Below are positions 11,401 through 19,991 of a DNA stretch of 52,244 nucleotides, piece after piece. The translations under genes and the position numbers were made by a program. The notes under the pieces were generated by a model, which was not told the origin of the DNA, searched no databases, and was given only the letters and a program-made list of their open reading frames with translations. The number at the start of each line of letters is the position of its first letter. Within the stretch, counting starts at the first letter, position 1. The stretch comes from Bacteroidaceae bacterium (lineage in GTDB: Bacteria > Bacteroidota > Bacteroidia > Bacteroidales > Bacteroidaceae): the NCBI GenBank assembly GCA_045645045.1, contig JAZRIA010000208.1:1-52244 (forward strand). The letters are read 5' to 3'.

Positions 11401-14400
11401 ACAAGTCGCAGACCTCCTACAACAGCAACTCCACGTTGAATGTCCTGAATATGGCCTTCTATCCGCAGGAGCGCGGTCCCTATAACCTTACCACAGAGGT
11501 AGATGCACAAGGCTATCTGCTTAGTCCCGAAAAACGGTGGGGTGGCATGATGCGCAAAATGGACAACACCGACTTCGAGGCACAGAATATAGAATATATC
11601 GAATTTTGGCTCATGGACCCCTTCTTCTACGAAAAAAAGAACGGTACAACAAAGAAGAAACTGGGAGGTGACCTTTATTTCAATCTTGGTGAGATAAGCG
11701 AAGATATTCTGAAGGACGGCAAGAAAGCATATGAGAGCGGTCTGCCCATAGATGGCAATATGAACTATGTAGAGCAGACCACATGGGGTTATGTACCCAA
11801 GACCAACAGCATAACCTATGCCTTCAACAACGAGGGAGGTTCACGCGAAAAGCAAGACCTTGGTCTGAATGGTCTGAATGATACTCAGGAGCAGAACTAT
11901 GGTGCCTACATGAACTTCTGGAACGAACTGAATGGCGGTTCGCTGGCACATCTGCCCGATACCGTGCGCCATCAACTGCTTGCCGACCCTGCCAACGACA
12001 ACTACCACTATTTCCGTGGTTCCGATTACGACCGAGACAAGGTACCCGTGCTGAAACGATACAAGCGCATAAATATGCCTCAGGGCAACTCGCCTGATAG
12101 TGAGAACTCGCCCGAGAATTACGAGACAGCATGGAAGAACACCCCGGACATAGAGGACATCAACACGGACTACACCTTGGGCGAGAGCGAGAAGTACTGG
12201 CAGTACCATCTGCCCATCACTCCAGAGAACCTGCGCCCGGGCGGAAAGTACGTGTCGGATACTCGTACTGCTACTGTAACCCTGCGCAACGGAGAGATAG
12301 AGAACATAGACTGGTACCTTATCCGAATTCCTCTGCACGACTCGGACCGCGAGAGCATAGGCGGAATATCCGATTTCTCCAACATCCGCTTCATGCGTAT
12401 GTTCATGACCAACTTCACAGACGAGGTAATCCTGCGCTTCGGCACCCTGGACCTCGTACATGGCGACTGGCGTACATACGAGAACACCTTGTATGCTGGC
12501 AACGTGGCAACCAGTGCTAACACAGACTTCACCATCACAGCAGTTAACATTGAGGAGAACAACGACCGCGTGCCAGTAAACTATGTCGTACCTCCTGGCA
12601 TATCCCGTGTGACAGATGCCAGTAGTGGAACCCTGATGGAAAGCAACGAACAGGCTTTGGCTCTGACTGTCAAAAACCTGGGCCCCAACGATGCCCGTGC
12701 CGTGTACAAAAGCGTAAAGTATGACATGCGCAAATACAAGCACCTGCAACTCTTTGCCCATGCCAACCAGTTGGAAGCAACGGATCCCGACGCCACCTCA
12801 TTACAGAGCGGTCAGGTTAGTGTGTTCCTGCGCTTGGGTTCCGATTACCGTAATAACTACTACGAATACGAGATACCTCTGGAACTTACTCCCATTAAGA
12901 GCAGTGGCAAGTATAGCAACAACTCCTATGACGACCGTGTGGCAGTATGGCCTGAAGCAAACATGTTTGACTTCAATCTGGACTTGCTGGTAGACTTGAA
13001 ACGTCTGCGTAACAAGAACGGAGTGTCTTATAGCCAACTCTATACCGGCTACGATCCCAACAAGCCCAGCAACCGCATTGCGGTGATAGGTAACCCCTCT
13101 CTAGGCGAAGTGAAGACCATCATGATAGGTATACGTAACCATGCCAATGCCAACCGCAGTGTGGAGGTTTGGGTCAACGAACTGCGTCTGCAAGAATTTA
13201 CTAACGAAGGCGGTTGGGCGGCACAAGGTAATCTGAATATCCAACTATCCGACATAGGCTCCTTCTCTGCCACAGGCAAGATGGTGACGGCAGGCTTCGG
13301 AGGCATTGAACAGACAGTATCCGAACGCAGCGACAAGGACGATTACCAGTACCAATTTACCACCAGTGCCGACCTTGGCCGTCTTTTGCCCGAAAAGGCA
13401 AAGGTAACTGTTCCCATATACTATAGCTACAGCAAGCACATTGTCAAGCCAAAATACAATCCGCTCGACACAGACATGCTTCTGTCCGATGCCTTAGATG
13501 CCACACAGACACAGGAAGAGAAGGATTCCATCATTTCACTTACATCCAGCAGTACTGTGAACCGCAATTTCTCCATTACAGGTGCAAAGGTGAATATCGC
13601 CAGCAAGAAACACCCCATGCCTTATGACCCTGCAAACTTCACATTCTCATATTCCACTTCAGAGAATGAGGACAGAGGGGAAACAACGGTATATGAATAT
13701 AACAGGTCATGGAAAGCCTCCATGTCCTATGCATGGTCGCCGAACTGGAAGAACTGGGAACCTTTCAGCAAGTGGAAGACCAAGAGCAAGTGGGCACAAA
13801 TTATTAAAGACCAGAATCTTGCTTTTGCCCCACAAAGCATTACCTTCAATACTGATTTGGGACGCACATACTATGAATTGCAGGAACGTGATTTGGAAAA
13901 TATCGCCAATTCGCAAGCGCTTCCAGTCACATGGAGTAGCACATACCTTTGGAACCGCAACTTCTCGCTACGTTGGGACATCTTCAAGGCTCTGCATTTC
14001 TCCTTCCAAAGTGCTACTCATGCCGAGGTAGAACAGCCTAATGTGGTGGTGAACAAGGATCTCTATCCCGACGAGTACGAAGCATGGAAGGACAGTGTTA
14101 ATCTCAGCCTGGCTGGCTTCGGCCGCCCCCTGGACTACAGCCAAAGTGCAACCATGTCCTATAAACTGCCCATCAACAAGTTGCCGGCATTTGACTGGAT
14201 AACAGCCGACGCATCTTACAACTCGCAATACTCATGGAAGCGCGGTGCCGAACTGGAGGACGGAACTAGTCTGGGACATACCATCAACACCCAGAGAAGC
14301 ATAAACGTAAACGGCAAGCTAGCATTGGAAACCCTATACAACAAGTCTCCGTTCCTAAAGGAAGTAAACCGCATTTTCTCTGCATCCAACGCTAAATCAG

Positions 14401-16370
14401 AAGCCAACAAGAAACGCAATGATAAGAAACGCGAGAAGGAAAAGGAACAACGTGAGAAGGACAAACTGGAGGAGGCACGTCTGAAGGCAGAGGAAGAGTC
14501 CAAGAAGACCGGCGAAAGCGTAGACAGCATCTTGGCACGAACTATGCCCAAAGGTACACAATCCAACGCCAAAGGAACATCAGCACAAAAGGACAGCAAA
14601 AATAAAACACAGGGCTATGCACGCGAGATAGTACTTGCTCCTGACAGTAACATGACAATTACGCACAACCAGAAGTCAAAGCGCCTGATTGTACGCATAC
14701 AAGACAGTAAGGGACACGACTACAAGGTGAAGTACAAGAAATTGGATGACAACAAGATTGTACTGATGACGCAAGCCATGGATACCGCCAAAGTGCGCAT
14801 CAACGTTATAGCAAAGCCCAAGTTGAGCGAAGAGAAGTGGTACAAGTGGGTACAGGCTGGAGCACGCCTTGCTATGATGGTAAGGAATGTTTCCGTATCG
14901 TACCGAAACTCCTACAATCTGTCCATGTCTGGCTTCATGCCAGAGGTGGGTGACCTGTTGGGACAGCGCATGACCTCCACTCACGGATTCGCCCCTGGTG
15001 TGGACTTCGGCTTTGGTTTTGTATCCGACGACTATATTGAGACAGCTAAAGAACGTGGATGGCTTATCTGTGCGGACAGTCTCTCTACCCCGGCCACCTC
15101 TTCTACCACAGAAGACTTGCAGATAAAGGCTACGCTGGAACCTATCACTGACCTGAAGATAGACCTGAACATGTCGCGTACCATGAACCGTTCAAAGAGC
15201 ATACAGTATATGTATAAAGGTTCACCCACCACACAGACAGGTTCATTCAACATGACCATCGTATCCCTTGGCTCTGCCTTTGCCGGCAATGGCAATGCCT
15301 CCAACGGCTACTATAGTCCCACATTTGAAAAGTTCCGCTCTATGTTGCCCATATTCAAGCAACGTGTGGAAGCTCAGTATATAGGAGGCAAGGACCCGTC
15401 GGGTCGTCCGTATCTGGGTAGTGCCGGAGATCCAGCAAAAGGCAATACCACACCAGCCAACATATATGGAGCAGATGTGATGATACCCGCCTTCCTTGCC
15501 GCTTACACAGGTGGTGGCACCACACGCGAACTGGACATATTCCCCTCTCTGGCAAGAATGCTCCCCAACTGGACCCTAACCTATAAGGGACTTTCTAACC
15601 TTCCTTTCATTCGCGACTACTTCAAGAGCGTGACTGTGACACATGGATACAAGAGCGTTTATGCCGTAGGCTCATATAACTCCTACGCATCGTGGATGGA
15701 GTTCATGCATGGTACGGACATGGGCTTTACGACCAACCAAACTACCGGAGCGTTCCAGCCCAGCAGCTGCTATGACATAAGCACGGTAAGCATAAACGAA
15801 AGTTTTGCACCACTTATCGGTCTGAACTTCACTTTCCACAACAACATGACCCTAAAGGCCGAATACCGCACCACCCGCGTAATGAACCTGTCCATAACTA
15901 GTGCACAACTAACAGAGACCAGTTCTCGAGACTTCGTTCTAGGCTGGGGATACAAAATTAACGATTTCCGTCTGGGCAGCATCTTCGGAAGCAAGCGAGC
16001 CAGCAAGAAGGCCATGCGAAGTACGTCAAAGAGCCGTGCTATAAAGAGCAATGAGACACGTAGTGACGGACGCGAAAATATAAAGAACAGCAGCCAGAGC
16101 AACTTTGCACATGCCTTGTCCTTACGTTTCGACTTCTCCATACGCAATCAGGATGCAATCCGCAGAGACATCCAGACAGGTCTGTCCGAGGCAACATCCG
16201 GCAACAAGGCTGTGAAGGCTTCATTCCGTGCAGACTATACTATGAGTCGCTATGTAACCATGACACTCTATTATGACCGTCAAAGTTCCGTACCCCTGCT
16301 CTCCTCTTCGGCATATCCCACCGTAACGCAGGACTTCGGCCTGAGCATGAAGTTTGCACTTACAAGATAG
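8463..16370 (+). CDS. sprA: Type IX secretion system translocon SprA (Sov)
   Basis: 2635-aa beta-rich protein with a signal peptide (GTG start). It lies directly downstream of ruvA, as is common in Bacteroidota. Size and sequence character match SprA. Confidence 0.8.
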   Translation: MKKRNRIILLMLVMGIILPVTGFFGPSRIPFFITCAYAQENSVQKDEQENDTTQKKKPRYSVRRTSTETTEDVKHRSSDLEDPDNLKTEVSYDEKSGTYQVGTTLTKSDGKDKDTKKNKTTSQATSNKSTSSDDKNTTNVKLGSFLPTNDKGLDLHTATSYLTPPVVMTTEEYMKWSLRQSIAQYYRQRNQELFLTKGNSKFDFTDMRFSLGPAEKIFGPGGVHIKTQGSAELKIGGNMKSTDNPTLAASRRSSFGLDFDMKINMTVNAKVGDKVNMNLNYNSDATFDYDAQNLKLKYEGKEDEIIKLVEAGNISMPSNMSLVPGVSSLFGLRTDVQFGKLKLQTVFGQKKSASKSVSGSGGSNTTTYEISVTDYEENRHFYLAHHFRDTYDKNMRTLPTIASGVTIKRIEVWVTNKTGTTTNTRNIIALTDLGEPQNIRGPWQGTGGTVPHNRANNEYSTLIGNPGVRDISQVGNILDGEFGLQGSFDYDKLQSARLLSSSEYHLNAELGTLTLNTTLQPDDILAVAYEYTYGAQTYQVGEFSSDLTSTDQALFLKMLKGSTNSPSLPTWKLMMRNIYPLGANTLQKEKFRLDIKYQSDSSGVYLNYLPEDTLKGTILLRAMNLDRLDANNKPHPNGQFDFIDGYTVYKGRIIFPVAEPFGQHLRQWIEARGGKAMADKYVFQELYDTTKTAAKQMAEKNKFLLTGQYKGSAANEIDLGAYNIAPGSVVVTAGGVTLVENTDYIVDYNNGRVTIINQSIIDAGTPINASVESNDTYGMQRKTFVGLNADYQVNKNLVIGGTFQYLSEQPLTTKVSMGNEALNNILWGMHVSWKHKAQWLTNWIDAIPFVEATQPSNISFDAQVAQLVAGQSGTAQGGASYLDDFEDTKRKTSLIQPTYWQIASVPSISRNSNLAGHFAESRLTNDVSYGYNRALLAWYCVDPIFTNRSSTLTPSHIKSDLNQLSNHYVRAIYELELYPNKSQTSYNSNSTLNVLNMAFYPQERGPYNLTTEVDAQGYLLSPEKRWGGMMRKMDNTDFEAQNIEYIEFWLMDPFFYEKKNGTTKKKLGGDLYFNLGEISEDILKDGKKAYESGLPIDGNMNYVEQTTWGYVPKTNSITYAFNNEGGSREKQDLGLNGLNDTQEQNYGAYMNFWNELNGGSLAHLPDTVRHQLLADPANDNYHYFRGSDYDRDKVPVLKRYKRINMPQGNSPDSENSPENYETAWKNTPDIEDINTDYTLGESEKYWQYHLPITPENLRPGGKYVSDTRTATVTLRNGEIENIDWYLIRIPLHDSDRESIGGISDFSNIRFMRMFMTNFTDEVILRFGTLDLVHGDWRTYENTLYAGNVATSANTDFTITAVNIEENNDRVPVNYVVPPGISRVTDASSGTLMESNEQALALTVKNLGPNDARAVYKSVKYDMRKYKHLQLFAHANQLEATDPDATSLQSGQVSVFLRLGSDYRNNYYEYEIPLELTPIKSSGKYSNNSYDDRVAVWPEANMFDFNLDLLVDLKRLRNKNGVSYSQLYTGYDPNKPSNRIAVIGNPSLGEVKTIMIGIRNHANANRSVEVWVNELRLQEFTNEGGWAAQGNLNIQLSDIGSFSATGKMVTAGFGGIEQTVSERSDKDDYQYQFTTSADLGRLLPEKAKVTVPIYYSYSKHIVKPKYNPLDTDMLLSDALDATQTQEEKDSIISLTSSSTVNRNFSITGAKVNIASKKHPMPYDPANFTFSYSTSENEDRGETTVYEYNRSWKASMSYAWSPNWKNWEPFSKWKTKSKWAQIIKDQNLAFAPQSITFNTDLGRTYYELQERDLENIANSQALPVTWSSTYLWNRNFSLRWDIFKALHFSFQSATHAEVEQPNVVVNKDLYPDEYEAWKDSVNLSLAGFGRPLDYSQSATMSYKLPINKLPAFDWITADASYNSQYSWKRGAELEDGTSLGHTINTQRSINVNGKLALETLYNKSPFLKEVNRIFSASNAKSEANKKRNDKKREKEKEQREKDKLEEARLKAEEESKKTGESVDSILARTMPKGTQSNAKGTSAQKDSKNKTQGYAREIVLAPDSNMTITHNQKSKRLIVRIQDSKGHDYKVKYKKLDDNKIVLMTQAMDTAKVRINVIAKPKLSEEKWYKWVQAGARLAMMVRNVSVSYRNSYNLSMSGFMPEVGDLLGQRMTSTHGFAPGVDFGFGFVSDDYIETAKERGWLICADSLSTPATSSTTEDLQIKATLEPITDLKIDLNMSRTMNRSKSIQYMYKGSPTTQTGSFNMTIVSLGSAFAGNGNASNGYYSPTFEKFRSMLPIFKQRVEAQYIGGKDPSGRPYLGSAGDPAKGNTTPANIYGADVMIPAFLAAYTGGGTTRELDIFPSLARMLPNWTLTYKGLSNLPFIRDYFKSVTVTHGYKSVYAVGSYNSYASWMEFMHGTDMGFTTNQTTGAFQPSSCYDISTVSINESFAPLIGLNFTFHNNMTLKAEYRTTRVMNLSITSAQLTETSSRDFVLGWGYKINDFRLGSIFGSKRASKKAMRSTSKSRAIKSNETRSDGRENIKNSSQSNFAHALSLRFDFSIRNQDAIRRDIQTGLSEATSGNKAVKASFRADYTMSRYVTMTLYYDRQSSVPLLSSSAYPTVTQDFGLSMKFALTR

Positions 16371-16435
16371 TAATAGCGAACAATGAATGAACGGGTATTC
16401 CCCGCCCCCTACACTAAAATTAAACATCAAAACAT

Positions 16436-16807
16436 ATGAACTACATTCTACCCATTGTCCTACTTATCGTGTCAAACATATTCATGACCCTTGCATGGTA
16501 TGGACACTTGAAATTACAGGATATGCACATCCTGCACGGCAACACACCGTTGTACATCATCATACTCATCTCCTGGGGGCTGGCACTGATGGAATACTGC
16601 TTTATGATTCCAGCCAACCACTATGGATTTCGTGGCAACGGGGGACCCTTCTCCCTGTTCCAACTGAAGATAATCCAGGAAGTAATCACCCTAGTAGTAT
16701 TTACCATCTACACAGTAACCTGTTTCCGTGGAGAATCCCTCCATTGGAATCACCTTGCCGCCTTCGTTTGTATGATTATGGCGGTGTACTTCGTTTTCTT
16801 AAAATAA
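16436..16807 (+). CDS. DMT superfamily small membrane protein (DUF486)
   Basis: 123-aa protein with 4 TM segments, MNYILPIVLLIVSNIFMTLAWYGHLK. Confidence 0.8.
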   Translation: MNYILPIVLLIVSNIFMTLAWYGHLKLQDMHILHGNTPLYIIILISWGLALMEYCFMIPANHYGFRGNGGPFSLFQLKIIQEVITLVVFTIYTVTCFRGESLHWNHLAAFVCMIMAVYFVFLK

Positions 16808-16827
16808 CAAATACATAATGATACGAA

Positions 16828-16862
16828 TGAAGGCAATCTCGTTCAGTATGAGATTGCCTTCA
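16828..16862. terminator. Bidirectional terminator hairpin between convergent genes
   Basis: 13-bp perfect stem tgaaggcaatctc / gagattgccttca with a 9-nt loop, followed by ctttcgtt. Confidence 0.6.
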
Positions 16863-16880
16863 CTTTCGTTCACATATATG

Positions 16881-17690
16881 CTATTCCAGAAACTCCAGAC
16901 GTGCACAATGTGTGGTGATACTTTCCTCGGGAGGCAGTTTCATGTAGTCACCATACATAAGGCGTAGCATGTGGTCGTAGTTGTGAGGAACGGGAAAGTT
17001 AATGCCTTCAAACTTCAGTGTAGACAAAGGGAAAATATCCTTGGCATATCGCGGATTGTGATAAGGTATACCCATACCGCTGGTAATAACATCCGTCCCT
17101 GACATGCGGCACAACGCCAGAAGCACAGGAAACACGAAACGGCGGTTGAAGTGGAACCACTTCATCACCTTTCTTATACCTACACTATCATCCGTACAAG
17201 TGCGCCATATCTTGTACATGTGCCCCACGGTATTCTCGCTTATCTTATGGATACTGAGCGGTTGGCGCTCCAAAGGGAATATATCAATGTATATGCCTTG
17301 TTCCTTCCACACACGGTCGTAGTTGTTCCCTTCCGCCAGTACGGAACGGCGGTCACGAATCTTTGCATAATAGAAGAAGTACGTGGGGTCCGTCTCATGC
17401 GTCTGCAAAGCCATGGTTGAAGGCAGTTCGTCTGGCAAGACCTCCATCAGACGGTCATAGTCCTCGCGCATCATCTCTATGTCAAGGTCATCGTCCCATG
17501 GAATAAAGCCACCATGCCTGGCAGCACCTATCAGCGTACCGCTACTCAGCCAATAACTTATACCATGCTTCTTGCATATCCTGTCTATTTCGCACAAGAT
17601 TTCCAGCATCCTCTCCTGCTGGCGACGCAAAAGAGAACCTTCCGGGCTATACTTCGCCCTTAGGGATTCGTGTTGAGCCTGTGATATCAT
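16881..17690 (-). CDS. licD: LicD family phosphotransferase (phospho-alcohol transfer to glycan)
   Basis: 269-aa ORF with GGFIPWDDDLDIEM (LicD DxD region). Confidence 0.85.
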   Translation of the reverse strand: MISQAQHESLRAKYSPEGSLLRRQQERMLEILCEIDRICKKHGISYWLSSGTLIGAARHGGFIPWDDDLDIEMMREDYDRLMEVLPDELPSTMALQTHETDPTYFFYYAKIRDRRSVLAEGNNYDRVWKEQGIYIDIFPLERQPLSIHKISENTVGHMYKIWRTCTDDSVGIRKVMKWFHFNRRFVFPVLLALCRMSGTDVITSGMGIPYHNPRYAKDIFPLSTLKFEGINFPVPHNYDHMLRLMYGDYMKLPPEESITTHCARLEFLE

Positions 17691-17708
17691 CCTTGGAATA
17701 TTTTAATG

Positions 17709-17739
17709 CAAAAATAGGCATAATTCAGTGAACAACAAA
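17709..17739 (-). promoter_or_regulatory. Promoter of licD
   Basis: Minus-sense TTTG-N19-TATTTTTG. A divergent -7 box TATTTTTG for the plus-strand acyltransferase lies at 17751-17758. Confidence 0.5.
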
Positions 17740-17809
17740 ATAAAATTTGCTATTTTTGCACTGTCATACAGCCAATACCTGCACGGCATATACCAAACAA
17801 CTGGCAATC

Positions 17810-18907
17810 ATGGACAGCATAAACGCAGAAACTACGAAGCGCAAGGAACGCATGGAGTGGCTTGATGCCATGCGTGGATTCACGATGATATTAGTGGTGG
17901 CATATCATGTGGCACAGATTGGTTTCGACCAGTCCATCAAGCACTCGTCGTCGCTCTCCTTCCTAATGCTCTTCCGCATGCCTCTGTTCTTCTTCGTGAG
18001 CGGTTTTCTGGCATACAAGGCCTCGTTGGTGTGGGATTTCAAAACATTTATCTCCCTGCTTGGCAAGAAGATACGCATACAGATATTGCCCACCGTAGTG
18101 TTCTTCCTGTTTTCATGCGTGGCACTTTATCCCAAATTCTGGCCTGCCGTAGAGTCCAATCTCCATTCCCCAACTAAGGGTGGATACTGGTTCACGCTGG
18201 TGCTGCTGTATATGTTTGTACTTTACTATGTCTTCTGCTATCTGGAGTCAAAGATAAGGATAAAGTCATGGATACCGATAACCATTTTCTTCCTCCTCTC
18301 ACTGGTAGCATACGAGTCATGCTACTTGCCCAAACTATGCTGGTGGGCAGATGGATACAGACTGAAGGAGCCAACCACCCTGCTCGACGACACATCCTTG
18401 ATACAACTGATGAAGTACATGCCGTTCTTCCTCTTTGGTAATATTGTCAGACGTTATTGGAATCTGGCACAGCGCATCATGGACTCCAAATGGTTCTTCC
18501 CGGTAATCGTAACGCTGGTAGTTTTCTGCACCATGGACGTGCTGAAGTGGCACACCCTGCGCATGGCATGGGCAAATCTGCCATCCACCATGGCAAAGTT
18601 CATCCTGCTCACCATCACCTTCATGTACTTCCGCCACTATGCACAATACTTTTCAAAAATGACATTTATCGGAAGCAGCCTGCAATACATAGGCAGACGC
18701 ACTTTGGACATCTACCTGCTGCACTTCCTGTTCCTGCCCGACCTCCCTGCCGTAGGTGCATTCTTCAAGCTGAACAAGCACAACTTCGCCATAGACACCA
18801 CCCTGTCGGTCTTCATTGCGCTTGTTGTCATTGCCTTCTGCATCATAACAAGCAACATCCTGCGCATAAGTCCGTTGTTCAGGAAGTATCTGTTTGGCAG
18901 GGGATAG
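17810..18907 (+). CDS. Acyltransferase family 3 (O-acyl/acetyltransferase) membrane protein
   Basis: Start at MDSINAE, downstream of the -7 box. WLDAMRGFTMILVVAYH motif and about 10 TM segments. Confidence 0.8.
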   Translation: MDSINAETTKRKERMEWLDAMRGFTMILVVAYHVAQIGFDQSIKHSSSLSFLMLFRMPLFFFVSGFLAYKASLVWDFKTFISLLGKKIRIQILPTVVFFLFSCVALYPKFWPAVESNLHSPTKGGYWFTLVLLYMFVLYYVFCYLESKIRIKSWIPITIFFLLSLVAYESCYLPKLCWWADGYRLKEPTTLLDDTSLIQLMKYMPFFLFGNIVRRYWNLAQRIMDSKWFFPVIVTLVVFCTMDVLKWHTLRMAWANLPSTMAKFILLTITFMYFRHYAQYFSKMTFIGSSLQYIGRRTLDIYLLHFLFLPDLPAVGAFFKLNKHNFAIDTTLSVFIALVVIAFCIITSNILRISPLFRKYLFGRG

Positions 18908-18926
18908 TTACAACCGAAAGATAATA

Positions 18927-18953
18927 GGGGCACGTCGTGCCCCCTTTCTTATT
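18927..18953 (+). terminator. Rho-independent terminator
   Basis: ggggcac gtc gtgcccc stem followed by ctttcttattt. Confidence 0.6.
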
Positions 18954-19991
18954 TCAACCTTTCCGTTTTCCGTTTCCCGTTTTTACCTTTCCCATTCCCC
19001 ACTCATATACCTTATCTATATTAGGAACAAGCATGCCCTTTTCGTGTGCCAGTTTCCATATGTAGTGCAGGCCATAGGGGAAATCCTCGGTAAAATAACG
19101 GCTTTGGAAATCGGGAATCCATCCCTCTTCTGTCTGAACCATTGGAGAGGTGATGCCTTTGAAACCTTGGATTGAGGAGAGTTTACGGGCCAAGGACTCC
19201 GCATCATGACTCTCGTAGTAATCCAGAATTCTCGGGAGGTAACCCTTGCTTACGGGCAAAATGTCCAAGAGGCGGAAGAACTCCTCGTCCATGTCTATAA
19301 GCAGCTGGGCTGCTTCCCTTGTCCATTCTTCATAAAAGAGTATCATCCTGGGGAACACCTTGCCCTCGTTGTCTCCGCCAAACATGGTGTAAAGACGAGA
19401 TGTGTGTAGCAAGGGGTTGCTATTCGTAAGGCTGGCCTCGTAATAGTTGCCCAACAGATGGACAGGCGCATCAAAGAGTGATTCTATCTTTGCTCTAAAT
19501 GCCTCCTTATCATTGCTTCGCTCTACGGCAATGTTATGCGCATTCTTGTACCCCAACAGGTTCGCGCTCTCACCGTATCGTGTTGTGCGTGCTATGAAAG
19601 GTACACGTTGGAATCCCCAAAGGGGAACGTTCCCGTCCAGAACCTCCATGGCATGAAAGAAGAAACCCGTAGAGGAGAACACAGAACCAACATACGTACG
19701 TTCGCTGACGTAAGGCCTTATTCTCTCCAATTGCTGACGGATAGCAAATCCAGGCAGACAAAGGAGAACTATGGTACTTTCCTTCAGGGCAAGAGCAGGG
19801 TCATCAGTAATAAGATGCAAATGTCCCTCCAACACCTCACCATTGGGTGTGGATATCCGTAGAGTAGATTTCCAAGAAGATGGCCTTTGTGTCAATACAT
19901 TGACACGCACATTCTTCCTTGCTGCCAGATAACCTGCTACTACATGTCCCAAGGAGCCTCCGCCACAGATGCAGATTGTTTCCTTCATCAT
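18954..19991 (-). CDS. NAD(P)-dependent octopine/nopaline dehydrogenase-family oxidoreductase
   Basis: 345-aa ORF with Rossmann motif ICGGGSLGHVVAG. Its ATG overlaps the upstream stop (ATGA). Confidence 0.7.
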   Translation of the reverse strand: MMKETICICGGGSLGHVVAGYLAARKNVRVNVLTQRPSSWKSTLRISTPNGEVLEGHLHLITDDPALALKESTIVLLCLPGFAIRQQLERIRPYVSERTYVGSVFSSTGFFFHAMEVLDGNVPLWGFQRVPFIARTTRYGESANLLGYKNAHNIAVERSNDKEAFRAKIESLFDAPVHLLGNYYEASLTNSNPLLHTSRLYTMFGGDNEGKVFPRMILFYEEWTREAAQLLIDMDEEFFRLLDILPVSKGYLPRILDYYESHDAESLARKLSSIQGFKGITSPMVQTEEGWIPDFQSRYFTEDFPYGLHYIWKLAHEKGMLVPNIDKVYEWGMGKVKTGNGKRKG

